Below, in pieces: positions 41,690-58,269 of a stretch of DNA of 64,000 nucleotides (the stretch's first letter is position 1; every line of letters starts with the position of its first letter). The DNA lies in NCBI GenBank assembly GCA_964016885.1, contig OZ024740.1:309752001-309816000 (forward strand). Direction: 5' to 3'. Below the pieces are notes generated by a model, which saw only the letters and a list, made by a program, of their open reading frames with translations, did not search any database and had not been told where the DNA came from. A program made the translations under genes and the position numbers. Source of the DNA: Eledone cirrhosa. Taxonomy: Eukaryota.

Positions 41690-42990
41690 CCATTCGGTGC
41701 CCCACCAAACCTCTTTCGCCACACTGCGCTTCTGCCACACAGGCCTATCGAACAACTTTCATTCCTTCATTCTCAGAGCATGTGCCTTAGCTCTGACAGA
41801 GCAACTTCCGTGTTTAGATTGACGTAATGGTCTAATGCCATGCTCGAAGGTAGCACGTCGTTTGTAATGTTATTTATAATCGTCTGTTCTAATTTAGCTT
41901 CAAAGTCTCCCTCTTTTTCATTTTTTTCTGTTCCTGATTCTTTACTAACCGTTATTAATTCTGCTTTAATACCTCTCCTGAGAGCCCACCCCCAACATTG
42001 TTGTTGACGACCCCATCTGTGATCTTTCACTTAACTAAAGTGCTAACCTGGTCACTGTAGGCCTTACACGTCAGTAATCAGATTCCTGTCAACGTGCATC
42101 TAGTTTGACTATGCAGATCACGAATAACTGATCTGAATAGGTGACCGTTTGGAAATTTGGACACCCTATCTGCTAATTTAATGAAAATCCATATACAATC
42201 TATATACAATCGAGATGATACTGTGATATAGTGAAGGTCCTCACTGGCGCATTTGTGAAATCTAGTCGGTACATGTCAGACAGTTGCGACTGGTTAATCA
42301 GGTACCTGGGGCTTTTGTCCCTCCCGCTTTATATGTTACCCCAACACATTCCCAGTATTCGTCCACTGTATCATCCGATACCCCGTTAACAGTAAAGACC
42401 GAGACGTTCCTAGAAAATGTACTCGACGCCCGAAAAGATCCGGTGTTTTAGACACGGTCGGAGCCTAAACGACTACTAGACTAAAGACACCATCTTCGCT
42501 TTTGTTCACCGCCAGGTTCCCCAACTTACCATCCTGGCCCAGAAAGATTGTCGGTACCTTGAGATCCAAGCGTTTCTTAAACAGCACTGCCACTCCGCCT
42601 CCCATTCCAAGCCGACTAAAAGATGCGAAGATCTCATAGTCTTCCGAAATAGTGCGGGTGTGTCGGAAATTCTGGTCTTTATTATTGCAGTCACATCAGT
42701 AGCTGATGAGTTGAGGCCGTTCAGCAAGCGATCTTGTTTCCTGTGAGAGCCAAGCTCAAAAACATTTAAGGATCCTACTCTTGTAATAGCTATGCTGGCT
42801 GGTTAATCAAGAGAAAAAAATTGCAGCTACTTACTCTTCGGGCCCTATTGATTATCAGTTAGTTCCATCTCCATATTAGGGACCCTTTTAAATGCCTACT
42901 GGTGGCTCTCAGATTTAGGGTCCCAATGTCACGCGGAAAACTTTCCCTTATGACTTTAAAACCCCCTGTCATATAATATAAGAAGGCGCC
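41690..42990 (-). mobile_element. Old Tx1-clade LINE fragment (ORF1 end and APE domain)
   Basis: RVGSLNVFELGSHRKQDRLLNGL aligns with RIGSINARGLGSSWKQGHLLNDL at 19877; further degenerate homology through ALRRGIKAE and the HEG..VRA region. Confidence 0.75.
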
Positions 42991-43119
42991 GATGACGACG
43001 ATGAGGACGACGACGACGACGACGACGACGAAGAAGAAGAAGAAGAAGAAGAAGAAGAAGAAGAAGAAGAAGAAGAAGAAGAAGAAGAAGAAGAAGAAGA
43101 AGAAGAAGAAGAAGAAGAA
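42991..43119. repeat. (GAC)n(GAA)n compound microsatellite
   Basis: Directly visible. Confidence 0.95.
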
Positions 43120-43120
43120 A

Positions 43121-43280
43121 TCTAGATTTGAAATGGGTAGAGAAGAGTTGAATATAAATAAACAAGTACATATATGTTTCAAAGTGATTGTAATTAAACA
43201 CTCTAGCATGTGGACAACTCTAGGTCGCAATGTTGTTGAAGCATATCAGTTAAAAACATTCAAAACACTTCATGAAAGAA
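43121..43280 (+). mobile_element. Possible CR1-type LINE 3' end remnant
   Basis: MWTTLGRNVVEAYQLKTFKTLHE resembles the CR1 terminal motif WN.L...VV.A..L..FK..LD. Confidence 0.4.
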
Positions 43281-43780
43281 TATCCGTGGAAACCAATAAG
43301 ATAATGAAAACGAGGATGGGATTCCTGCGTGGATGATACATAAAAGAATATTTTGAAGTTGAAAGACACATCAAAGATAAATACTGTGGGCAATTCCTGT
43401 TTAGTATCATTTTCCCCTTTGATATGGAAACTTCTATGCGAAATATTTCCAGACAATAACCGTTAATTGCCCGAAGTGGTGATGTTATATTGATATATAT
43501 GAACAAAGACGTTGTCGTAGATAAAAAGGGGAAACTATAGATCAGTGACTAAGATGGTTTTGAGAGATTTGACGAAAATACATATGAACAAAACTCCCAA
43601 TATCTGGCTAAATATCTCTAATCCGACCACTTTTTCTCGATTGAAACAGCTCTAGTTTCTATAAACTACCAGTAAATAGAAGGCCTTTTCACCATGGCAC
43701 TTCTTCAGCTGAATCTCTAGATAATATGATTTCCCGCCACGCTGCGCCGATATAATCTAAAGCTTTATTAATATTTTTGA

Positions 43781-43965
43781 TGGATTGGCAGTGTCGGTAG
43801 GGGGTCGGACGACATGCTTTGACGCATACAGTTACGGCCCTTGCCATTCTGAGTTCAAATCCCGCCGAGGTTAACTTTGCCTTTCATCCTTACGGGGTCG
43901 ATAAAATGAAGTACCAGTAATGTACTGAATAATTGCTGGCCTTGTGCCAAAAGTAGAAACAATTA
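43781..43965 (+). mobile_element. tRNA-derived SINE (short-tail variant)
   Basis: Family consensus; TATTTTTGA on both sides. Confidence 0.9.
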
Positions 43966-43989
43966 TTTTTGAAGGACTAAATAACCGCA

Positions 43990-44772
43990 CACCCAACTCT
44001 CTTGTCTAGGTGTGTCCCATCTAAGTAACTGACTCGGTTGCTAAAACCAATTGATTGTAATAATATGGTATTCTTTTTATTCCTCTTTTGAGTTTTTGAT
44101 CGCTATTTTAAACAATGTTAATCAGTTTACCCATGTAGGAAGCCAAATATCATGCTGTTTTATTTTGCATTTTAACTGAACAGTTAATGGATTGCGTTCC
44201 AAAGACACATTTCTATCAACAAATGAGTATGAGTTAACACTGCTTCGTGAAAAATAACTACCTTGGGCGTATCTCTACGACATCTCAATGTGGTTTTGCC
44301 AATTTGGATGCGAAATGTATCATTAGCTTGACGATAGGTAGTGTTAGTGTCGTCCCAAATGTCATACAAAAATTGAGCGTTGATGGCACCATTATTATAC
44401 AATCTCAAGTGTTTATATGTTAGGCATTGGAATTTCTTTGAAATAATTTTAATTGCATGCCATGTTAATGTGATTGTTTTCATCGATTACTTCAGATGAG
44501 TTTCTCATTTCAAGCCAGATTGTAATCAAATACAAAGGATCTTTATGGACTTTTGCTGTATCAATAGTTGATTCATTAAGTATAATTCACCACATTGATA
44601 ATTGATAGGTTCAGGACTATGGAAGTGAATCAACTGTGTTTTAGAGGCATCAAATTATTGACCATTTTCATTTGTCCATTCAGTTGCAGTTGATAGGGCT
44701 GTGTATAATTTGCTTTTGTTGTTGATGATATTACATAATATTATATGAGTTTAAATCATCTGCAAAATCTGA

Positions 44773-44835
<63 letters not shown>

Positions 44836-44888
44836 AGCTTCTTCTTCTTCTTCTTCTTCTTCTTCTTCTTCTTCTTCTTCTTCTTCTT

Positions 44889-44919
<31 letters not shown>

Positions 44920-45950
44920 TTCTTCTTCTTCTTCTTCTTCTTCTTTCTGAGATGTTCGTGGGGTGGGGAAGAGTTCTCAAACACGCCTTCTAGTGGGTCC
45001 TGTCAGAACCAACCGTGCCCAATTGATCCGGCTAGATCCCCAAGCAAGACAAGCCAGGTGTAGACCCAGAAGAAAATGGTTCGATAACATCCATGAGCTC
45101 CCTCTGATACTTCCACAATTATATCTAGTGATGTAAAGAAGTCCGTTGTGTTATATAGAAAGATAATGTGTGAGACTGGGGGAATTTGTGGGGGGCTTTT
45201 TAGAAAGAAAATAAATTTTGTTTTTCGCATTTTCAAGCATTAGACTTGTACTACGATTAGAGAGAAGGCTTTCAACACAGATACAAAAGTAGTTGGGAAG
45301 TTCAGATTGATGTACTTTTAAAACCAGAGTGTCATGAACCGCGTTATCATAAGCTCCCTTTATGCTTAGTGAGATCAAACTTGTTGATTTTTCAAGAAGT
45401 TTGAGTTTCCTATGAATGTGGGTATTTCATGTAATCAAGTATCAATGTTTCTATTCACAAAATAATTCGAACTGAGATTTGTGGGAAATGTTCATTGTCT
45501 CTCCTAAAATAATCTTTTACATATACTTGTTTCTAACATTTTAACTATAATACTTATTGGAGCTACTGGGCGATATGATCTGGTTGAGTCATAGTTGTCC
45601 TTTTTTGGGATTAAGAATTACTAACTTATCGGTTGATTTCCATATATCTGCATGGTGTTGAAATTTAACTATACTATTAAATAAGTTTATCACTATTATA
45701 TGTATTTCACTCCATGTTTTATTTATGATTAAATTAGATATTCCATCTGGATCCGTGGCCGTTTCCTCATTTAACTCATACTTAACTGCGAGTAACTCTT
45801 CTTCAATAATAGGAGGGAAGTCCAGATTTGGAGTGAGAGGAGTCGGAGTTTGTAATTAGTATTGGGTTCTGTAAAGGATATGTTATCGAAAAACGATTCT
45901 GCAAATAGCGGTGAATTTTTGGAAGTGTCTGAGATTACCTCACTATGATA
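43990..45950 (-). mobile_element. Highly degenerate LINE, probably I/Jockey group (RT and downstream region), interrupted by a microsatellite
   Basis: PDGISN near 45750 and LISLSIKGAYDNAVHDTLVLK...VESLLSNR (RT domain 3) at 45250-45380. The downstream part (43990-44740) is only weakly assignable. Confidence 0.5.
44773..44945. repeat. (CTA)n(CTT)n compound microsatellite
   Basis: Directly visible. Confidence 0.97.
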
Positions 45951-45965
45951 ACTGTATGTAATATA

Positions 45966-46819
45966 TGAGGTGTGTCAGACATGAAACAGGACTAGGGTCG
46001 CAAAATATATTTCAAGTCCAAACAACAAACTAAAAGTTTTCCCCTTCGAAATAATCCCTCAGGTGTCTAACCAAATTTCCCATCCTCTTCCACCACGCCT
46101 CCATGCACTCCTGGAAAGATGCTCACGGGATACTCTGCATCTCCACCATCACGGTGATCTTGATGGCTTCCACGTCCGGAAAAAGGGTTACCATGACTTA
46201 TCACTGGTGATGTCTCTCCCCAGTAATTCTGGTTCAGTTTCAAGACATTCGAGAATGTCCTGACACACTTGCAAGCGCCATGTCTTCTAATTATCGTTCA
46301 GCAGCTTCGGCACCATATTCGCGCATATTTTCGCATACCGAAATATACGGGAATAATCTTCCAAACATTATTGCGGATCATGACCAGCTCACTTGCAATC
46401 AGTCGAACAGTCAGCGGATAGTCCACCTGTCTCATGCGTTCAACGTCGACCTCAGTCTTACTCGTTGAAGGCCTTCCATTTCTGGAGTCTTGTTCCATGT
46501 CCTCGCATCCCTCTTTGAACCTTCGAATCAGTGGTCCTGACAATGTCTCATCTCCGTACACGAGCAGCAGTATTCCGAGTGCTTCTGGTGGAAATTTCCA
46601 CACCCAGACCAGAAACTTCATGTTGGTTCCATGCTCTGATCTCATCGCTCGACTGCGTAGAATTGAGTTATTTTAGAAAAGCAAGTAAAAAAACATATAA
46701 AGGCTGCAGAGAGCGGGGATCAGAGTTACATACTCTTCGGACAGTATGACACAGTGACGTAATCCGCTAATCACTACTCTACCCATAGCCCACACAACAC
46801 ACTACGTCCCGTTACTTTT

Positions 46820-46832
<13 letters not shown>
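45966..46832 (-). mobile_element. Internally deleted mariner transposon
   Basis: NMKFL...VYGDETLS...RRFKEGCEDMEQDSRNGRPSTS...LTVRLIASEL...GMRK is a mariner HTH region; an ITSDKSW relic (first D) jumps to a C-terminal DYFEG; diverged TIRs; TA at 45964-45965 and 46833-46834. Confidence 0.85.
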
Positions 46833-48142
<1,310 letters not shown>

Positions 48143-48205
48143 ATGATTGATCATTTTTAATCATTTTAATTTTAAAATGATTAATCATTTTTAAAAGGTA
48201 TTTTA

Positions 48206-49476
<1,271 letters not shown>

Positions 49477-49548
49477 AAAAGAAAATAGGTTTTAAAATAA
49501 AAAAAACAAATGTCCTACACGTAGGAAAGTATAAAGAACGTGCACATA

Positions 49549-49903
49549 AGAAATTGAAAATGCAACTGGAATATTTTTAAGAATGTTTATTTATTTCCTT
49601 TAACGGTTTCACAGTTCGTATGCTTTCCAAAAGTAGAATTGAGATGGAGGGTTTGAGGTTTTTCTGGCATCTGGTTGGTTGTAGACTGTCATCAACCAAG
49701 CAAATTATAAAGCCCCCCACCCCCCAGAAATTCGATCCACTCTTTCCACATAAACAGAAAGAACTTTCGAACACCAACTAGATGCGAGAAAAACCACAAA
49801 ACCTCCATCTCAATTCTGCTTTTGAAAAGCATAAGAACTGTGGTACCGGTAAAGGAAATAAAGAAATATTCTTAAAAAAGACTCCAGTTGTATATTCGAT
49901 TTA
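49549..49903. mobile_element. Fold-back repeat with inverted arms of about 130 bp (probable inverted PLE pLTRs)
   Basis: 49549-49680 mirrored by 49774-49903; relic GAAACCG(G)TA-AAGGAAATAAA in the arms. Confidence 0.75.
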
Positions 49904-49907
49904 TTTT

Positions 49908-49973
<66 letters not shown>

Positions 49974-50130
49974 ACTGAGAGAGAGAGTGAGAGATAAAAT
50001 CTCTATACCCACTCAATATCTCCCCATGTATTGAAGACTTACATGATTAGTGGTCTCCTCGGTCTCAGCACTAAGATTACATATATATACATACATATAT
50101 ACATACACACACACACACACATACACACAC

Positions 50131-50199
<69 letters not shown>

Positions 50200-50234
50200 A
50201 TATAAGATCAAAAGATAGTTAAAAGAGTTCCAAG

Positions 50235-50305
50235 TATTTTATTATGCGCATTTCAAAAACAAATATCATCAGGGGATGATATCTGCGTTCTCATCAGATA
50301 AAATA
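50235..50305 (-). ncRNA. Well-preserved type I hammerhead ribozyme motif
   Basis: TATTTTAT-CTGATGA-GAACGCAGATATCATC CCCT GATGATATTTGTTTTT-GAAA-TGCGCA-TA-ATAAAATA; perfect 8-bp stem I, long stem II, palindromic stem III. Confidence 0.8.
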
Positions 50306-50743
50306 GTTATACATGATATGAAGCTTAAAAAACACTTGTGTATAGTGAAGTTTTAAATCTACATATATATATATATATAGATAGATAATTTATTTTTGCA
50401 CGAAATCAGAAATCAACACAAACCGATATATATGAGGTGACCGGATCAACATAAAAGTAATACACGAAATGATTTGTTTGTCTCAAGGTGGCAACTAATA
50501 ATTGGAAAGGTTGTTAGCAGATGGTATTAAGAACAAAAAGCATTAACAAATACGCAGGAAAATATGTGTATACAGGAACGTGCACATAAGTATAAATGTA
50601 TGTATGTAACTATATATGTACATGCATTCATGCAACTGTGAGGTTATACACACATACACATACACACACACACGCACACACACATACACACCCACACATA
50701 CACACACATACACACACACAGACATATATATATATGTGTGTGT

Positions 50744-51003
50744 GAAGGCGTATGGCGCAGTGGTTAGAGCGATAGGGTTACAATCTTGACGTTGTGAGTT
50801 CGATTCTCGGACCGGGTTTGCGATGTGTCCTTGAGCAAAATACCTTATTTCACGTTGTTCTAGTTCACTCATCTGTAGAAATGATTATCCAGCTATATCC
50901 AAGCGTGGTGAGTACGGCTACAGCCCTGTCATGACGAAACCCAAAGAAAACGGTGGCGGTCACCCAGGGAAGGCTTCCTGTGAAAAGGCCCTGGATTGAA
51001 AGA
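50744..51003 (+). mobile_element. Second tRNA-derived SINE family (CORE-like)
   Basis: A box TGGCGCAGTGG, B box GAGTTCGATTC, then GTGTCCTTGAGCAAAATACCTTATTTCAC...GTTCACTCATCTGTAGAAATG (CORE-domain-like). The 3' boundary is uncertain. Confidence 0.75.
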
Positions 51004-51024
51004 ATATATATATATATATATTTA

Positions 51025-51862
<838 letters not shown>

Positions 51863-54449
51863 TAAAGAGAGAGATTAGAGTAGTCTCGATAGAATTTAGT
51901 AAGGTTCTAGCTGCGGATAGGAATAGGAAGGAAAGGGAGCTAATAGATAGAGTAGAAGAGGCAATTAGAAGCGGCGACGTGGCCAGAGTGCTAGCGTCGA
52001 GAACGGCTTTGAGCCAGTTTTTCGACGCGAAGCACGAAGGCTGCGTTGTCCGAAGTAAAATACGTGCTCTAGGGAACGAGGGGACCAAAGCTGTTAGCTG
52101 GGCCCGCGTGACAGAGGCCAACAGTGGAACTAAATCCACCATCCGGTCTTTGCGAGACCTGGATGGACGGGCGATTCTTGAGCCTAAGCAGATGTGTGAG
52201 GCCTTTCAAAGGCACTTTGCCCGACTGTTCGGGAGGAGCGGGGAGCCGGTTGGGAACGTGGACTTCGGTCCATACCTCGACGGCCTGCCGCGCCTCTCGG
52301 ACAGGGAGGCGAAGTCCTGCGAGGAGCCGATTTCGGCCGCTGAGATAGAGGACGTGCTGAGCCAATGCGGCAAACGCAAATCCCCGGGTCTCGATGGTCT
52401 TCCTTACGAATTATATCTAGCTATGCCGGACTTGTTCCGCGATCTCCTCGAGGCGGTCTACTGCAACTGGCAACAGAACGGGAGAATTCCCTGTACTGTG
52501 ACCAAGGGCGTAGTCACGCTAGTGAGGAAGGACGAGAACAAGGGGGACGAAATAAGTAACTTCAGGCCCATAACACTGCTAAATACAGAGTTACAGATTT
52601 TGGCCAAGGTGCTAGCAAAGAGGTTGGCGCTTGTCGTGGGCAACCTGGTGGGAGATGCGCAGACATGCGCTATCCCGTCCAGGTCCATCCATGACAACCT
52701 CCACCTCATGCGATACATCATAGAGAGGGTTGGGAACGAACCCGGCTTTGGTGGGGCTCTGATCAACTTGGATCAATCTAAGGCGTTCGATAGGGTCGAC
52801 CATGGTTACCTGGATGCGGTGCTAGCGGCGGCAGGCTTCGGACCCGTTTTCAGGGGCTGGATCACTGCTATGCACAGCAGCCGCATCTGCTCTAGGGTCA
52901 AGGTGAACGGCTACCTCTCGGAGCCGTTCAAAATCGCGCGGTCCATCCGACAAGGGTGCCCTCTCTCCTCCCTTCTGTATGTGTTGACTCTCGAGCCACT
53001 ACTGCGGAAGTTGGAGTTGTTGCAGGGCATCCCTCTGGAACCGGGATTGCGGAAAGCGGTGTCGGCCTACGCCGATGACGTGACAGTAATGGTGTCGACG
53101 GCCTCCGAAATCGAGGCGGTCAGCACCTTACTGGAGGAGTACGAAAAGTTCACAGGGGCTAAGCTGAACCGGGACAAGTCGATCGGTTTGCAACTCGGCA
53201 CGTGGAGGGGCAGACCGATGCCCTCCGATGGCGTCGTCGGACGCTGGACGGAGGGCCCGGTGAAGTTGCTCGGGGTCTGGTTCGGACCGGACCTCCAGGT
53301 GGAGAAAAACTGGGCGGAGGTTACGAACAGGGTGTTTGCACTGACCCAGAAGTGGGCCAGTTGCAAACTATCCCTGAAAGGTCGGGCGGAGGTGGCGAAC
53401 ACCTACATAGCGTCCGTCATCTACTACCGCCTGACCGTAGTGCCCTGCCCAAGGGAAACCCTCACCAAGATGGAGCGCGCGCTCTTCCAATTCCTTTGGA
53501 AGAGGCGGGCTCCTATGGTGAGGAGATCCATCTGCTGTCAACACCCTTCGAAAGGAGGGCTGGGGATGCCGTGGCTAATGATGCGTAAACACGCATTAAG
53601 GCTACGGCACCTCTACGTATTCCTCACCGGACAACCGGTGTGGGCCTCGTTTGTGAGACGAACCTTTCCCAGACTCGTCTCACTCACCGAGCTGCAATCC
53701 TGGGTCAAGCAAAGACCGAGAAAACTGGGCGCCTGGCACACTGAGTGTGCCCAGGCGCTCACCGCCCTCTGGCAGGCGGATCCGGTTATCAGTGGAGACT
53801 CCACCGCAACATTCTATAGAGGGCTGGTACGCAGCAGGTGCGACGACGCCCTCGGAGAAGCCCTAGACATGGAGGAGGACGAACTGGCCAGCCTGTTCGG
53901 TAGGACATTCAGCCCGGGACCTATGGACAACTTCCAGAAGTCCCTGGCCTGGCAGTGCTACCGAGGACTTTACCCGTTCGAGAAAGGCTCTACAGACACG
54001 GGCGCCCGGGTAGGGACCCCGCCAAAAAGATCTGTCCCAGATGCGTGTGCGACGAGGAAACCGTTGCACACGCATTGGTACACTGCTCGGGCGTAGCCGA
54101 TCTGTGGGGCTATGTCGAACAACTGCTGTCAAGGGTGGGACCGATCCGGTTGACCACCGAGTCTATTGTAATGATCAAGCCGCCTCCCCCCTTCAAAGAT
54201 GAAGCAGAGGCGGTGTTTCTGTGCGTAATAGCCATGGCGAAAGAGGTTGTATGGTGGACGCGTCTGAAAGGACTGAGGTCAGGCACCTTTCTCTCTGGCC
54301 AACAACTGGTCCGTTTCTTCCGATATCATTTCGGAAGAAGGATCAGGATGGAGAGAGAGGTGCTGCACCCCAGCCGTTTCTATGAAAGATGGGTGAAAGT
54401 GGCGAGAATGGCCCGTGTGAATGGGCCTTCACTCTACATCAGACTATAG
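51863..54449 (+). pseudogene. Tx1 ORF2 fragment (RT and C-terminal zinc motif), one frameshift near 53968
   Basis: About 700 uninterrupted codons with KSPGLDG, FRPITLLN, DQSKAFDRV, RQGCPLS and YADD; continues in the 53955-54449 frame with CPRCVCDEETVAHALVHC. Confidence 0.9.
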
Positions 54450-54711
54450 GTGAGGAAGATGAAAGACCAAGGGAGCACCCCTTCTCTGTGCTCCTGAGGA
54501 GAAGGGTTGCACACTTTTTTCGGGGGTGTGTGCGACCCCCCAAGGCGCCTCCTCTCTATTGAGGATTTTGTTAAAAATTTTATTTTTTGTTATATCTTAT
54601 TTTATTTTTATATTTTGTTATTGCCTCCTCCTTATTGAGGACGCCTTTTTGTGTAAACTCCCCCCTTTGTACTTGTCCCACTTTTGATGCCCTAGTGGCA
54701 AATAAAAGAAA
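51863..54711 (+). mobile_element. 5'-truncated, young Tx1-clade LINE
   Basis: ORF2 from the post-APE linker to the 3' UTR ending AATAAAAGAAA; ATATCTATC flanks both ends (51854-51862 and 54713-54721). Confidence 0.92.
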
Positions 54712-54746
54712 CATATCTATCAATATCTATCAGTCATATATATATA

Positions 54747-54818
<72 letters not shown>

Positions 54819-55476
54819 CAAATTTAAATAATTTTGAAACCCAGAACAATGCGTTAGAAAGAACATTTAATAGCCAAGATAACAAAATAATCTTACCTTA
54901 GTAAATTTAACGATCCCAAATATTTTATTGGGTTTTAAAAACCCATTATCAAGGGAGTACCCCTATGAGAGACTTAAAAAATCGATCAGTTTAACTTACT
55001 TGTTTGGAGAGCAAATTTATTATGTATATATATATGTGCGCGTGTGTGTGTATGTGTGTGAGTGTGTGTGTGTGTTTTTGCAGGCGTGCGTAATATAATC
55101 TAATACCTGATAATTCCAACTTATTATTAATTATATTCCTCTAATTATATTATGCATGGTAGCCGGTACTTAAATATATGACTTTCGTGCCGATTGGCAT
55201 ACTTGGAACATTCTCTATGTTCAGTTAGTATGTAACAGGATATATATTTGAAGTTGTGTAGTCAACAAACTTTAAAACTTCTAATACGTATACAGTTTTA
55301 GTTATGTATAATTTGTTCTTTTTTCTCTATGTTGACCGTGTTTCATCTAATAAAACACACGAGCTTAATTGTGTATTATTGTTTTCTGGAAACAAATAAA
55401 CTCCAAGATGGAACATCAATTCCTATCTCAACTCCCCACGGCCAACTTCATTAGTACAAAATAGATCAAGTTGTGT

Positions 55477-55477
<1 letters not shown>

Positions 55478-55537
<60 letters not shown>

Positions 55538-55717
55538 ACACACACACACACATATATATATATATACATACATACACACACCCACCCATACACACACATA
55601 TATATATAAATAGATATGTATATGGAGAGAGAGAGAGAGACGGAGAGAGATAGAGATATAGTTAGATAGAGAGATAGATAGATATATATATAGATAGAGA
55701 GAGAGAGAGAGAGAGAA

Positions 55718-55802
<85 letters not shown>
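55478..55802. repeat. (CA)n, (TA)n and (GA)n microsatellite cluster
   Basis: Directly visible. Confidence 0.95.
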
Positions 55803-55806
<4 letters not shown>

Positions 55807-55845
55807 AAATAGAAATGTATTGAAAACATTATTTTCTTCCCTGAT

Positions 55846-56027
55846 TGGATTGGCAGTATCGGTAGAGAGTCGGACACCATGCTTTGAAGCATAGAGTTAC
55901 GTCCCTTAATGATCTGAGTTCAAATCCCGCCAGGGTTAACTTTGCCTTTCATCCTTACAGGGTCGATAAAATAAAGTACCAGTAATGCACTGAGATAATT
56001 GCTGGCCTTGTGCCAAAAGTAGAAACA
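55846..56027 (+). mobile_element. tRNA-derived SINE (short-tail variant)
   Basis: Family consensus; 18-bp TSD ATTATTTTCTTCCCTGAT at 55828-55845 and 56028-56045. Confidence 0.92.
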
Positions 56028-56624
56028 ATTATTTTCTTCCCTGATACGAAGGCGCACTAGTAAAACAAAAACACGTGTGTATATCTCTTAGTGTATTTTT
56101 GTGTATAATATTACAGGTATATTAGATATCATTACCATTCCATCTACTGCCTTGTATTGAACTCTGTTATCATTGTGTTCATTGTTCAATGTATGATTTA
56201 GCAGCTTATTATTCCTTAGTTTAATATTTTTATTACGTAAATATCGGAATTCCTTTTTATTCTATAATATTTTATTTGGAACAATATTTCTAACTTCTTT
56301 ACCATTTCAGTACCAATCCGATTGCTTTTTTTTAGATATTGGAATAGAATCTTATGTTTTGAATTAATTGGCAATGATAGGTTATTGCGTAATAGTTACT
56401 ATAAATATTTAGATCTACTAATATTTTTTATTATTCGTTTTTTGTAATATTATATAAGCAATTTTCCTGTCATGCTAATGCGAATGCACTGAATATTGTT
56501 CATCGTTTAACTATTTGAAAATCTAAAACAGGACAATGAAAATGTTTTAAAAATACATTGAACATTATTTTATGTTTATGCAAACATCCATTTGTATTTG
56601 TTCCATCTCTCTCCCTTCCTGTCT

Positions 56625-56770
<146 letters not shown>

Positions 56771-57427
56771 ATATATATCTACACGATTAAATCTACACGA
56801 TATGGATCCGCTAGTATAATTAAAATCCTATGCGCATATTAGTGATGCTAATTATGCATTCAACATAAAATTTGACAATGCAAAATATCTAGTTGAGATT
56901 TGAAAATCTTTATACGAAACAAGCTTCATTTAACTCTAGTAATTTTCTTTCATACTCAGTTTGTAATTTTTCATAAACATTTTGTTTATATTTTTTGTTA
57001 TTTTGCTTTTTTCAGTTGATTTAACTTTCAATGTTCGAAGTAATTTAAAAACCAAATTTAGAAGAAATGTTTAATATTCGTTTTATTTTATTTATTCGTA
57101 AATGGTTCACACACCTGGCAATTCCTTGCTTTAATTAGATCTGTTTAATCGCTCAAAATGTATTTAGCTTACAGCTCGATAAAAATAATTAACGTGTGAG
57201 AATTACGAGAGGGAAGCCTATTGATTATAATTGTCCGGAAAGATCGTGGTTATATCTAACACATCGTATGTTTCACACTATTAGTAACGGGGAATACACA
57301 CCCAAATATAATCATGCATGAATATAATTATGTCAAATTTATTGACTTTTAATTAATAAGTGGGAATAGCACCAAGAAAGAAAAATGCATTTTGCAATAA
57401 TCCCTATTATTATTATTAATCTTAGCA

Positions 57428-57572
57428 AAGGCAGTAGATTGGTAGAGACTTAAGGGCCTAAATAAATGCTTAGCTGTGTTTGTTCTGGTTCTTCACGTTT
57501 TGTGTCTTAATCATGTCGAGGTCAACTATGCCTTTCATCCTTCCGAGGGGGATCAAATACAATACCAGTTAC
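57428..57572 (+). mobile_element. Old degenerate SINE related to the main family
   Basis: GTCGAGGTCAACTATGCCTTTCATCCTTCCGAGGGGGATCAAATACAATACCAGT. Confidence 0.65.
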
Positions 57573-57677
57573 ATATTGAAATTCATGATACCTGCTTAAT
57601 TTATGAATCACGATGTTAGAAATAATTGGTAGTTTTAATTACAGGAGTATTGACATTTCCCATCAAACAGTGGCGTA

Positions 57678-57900
57678 ATAATGGTTTCTTATATAGGCAC
57701 AAATCCAGTAATTTGGGGGGAGGGGAAAATCGATTAAATCGACCCCAGTGCGTCACTGGTACTTTATTTTATCGACCCCCATAAAGATGAACGGCAAAGT
57801 TAACCTCGGCGGGATTTGAGCTCAGATCATAAAGAGCCGTAACTCTGTGCTGCAAAGCATGGCGTCCGACCCTCTACCGATACTGCCAATCCACCGCCCT
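57678..57900 (-). mobile_element. tRNA-derived SINE (long-tail variant)
   Basis: Reverse complement of the consensus; flanked by AAACARTGGCGTA. Confidence 0.9.
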
Positions 57901-57915
57901 AAACAATGGCGTATT

Positions 57916-58103
57916 AATTGTTTCTACTTTAGGCAAAAGGCCAGCAATTACCCAGTTCATTACTGGTACTTTATTTTATCGACCCCGTAAGGATGAAAGG
58001 CAAAGTCAACATCCACGGGATTTGAACTCAAATCGTAAAGGGACGAAACTATGCTGGAAAGCATGGCGTCCGACCCTCTACCGATACTGCCAATCCACCA
58101 CCC
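57916..58103 (-). mobile_element. tRNA-derived SINE (short-tail variant)
   Basis: Reverse complement of the consensus; flanked by AATGGYGTAWTAAT. Confidence 0.9.
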
Positions 58104-58269
58104 AATGGTGTAATAATGAAAGCATATTTGGTATGGTTGGACAATATTCATGCATATTTTGATTATTTTCAATTTGGTCACTTGATATGTTGCACTTTGT
58201 AATTCAAGTTTAAAATTATAGAAATGCAGAATAATTCAATAGTTCAGATTATATATTTTCATAGTGACA

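Noticed and set aside
50744-50820. tRNA gene
   Set aside because: A and B boxes are present, but there is no convincing acceptor stem and the sequence continues into a CORE-like SINE body.
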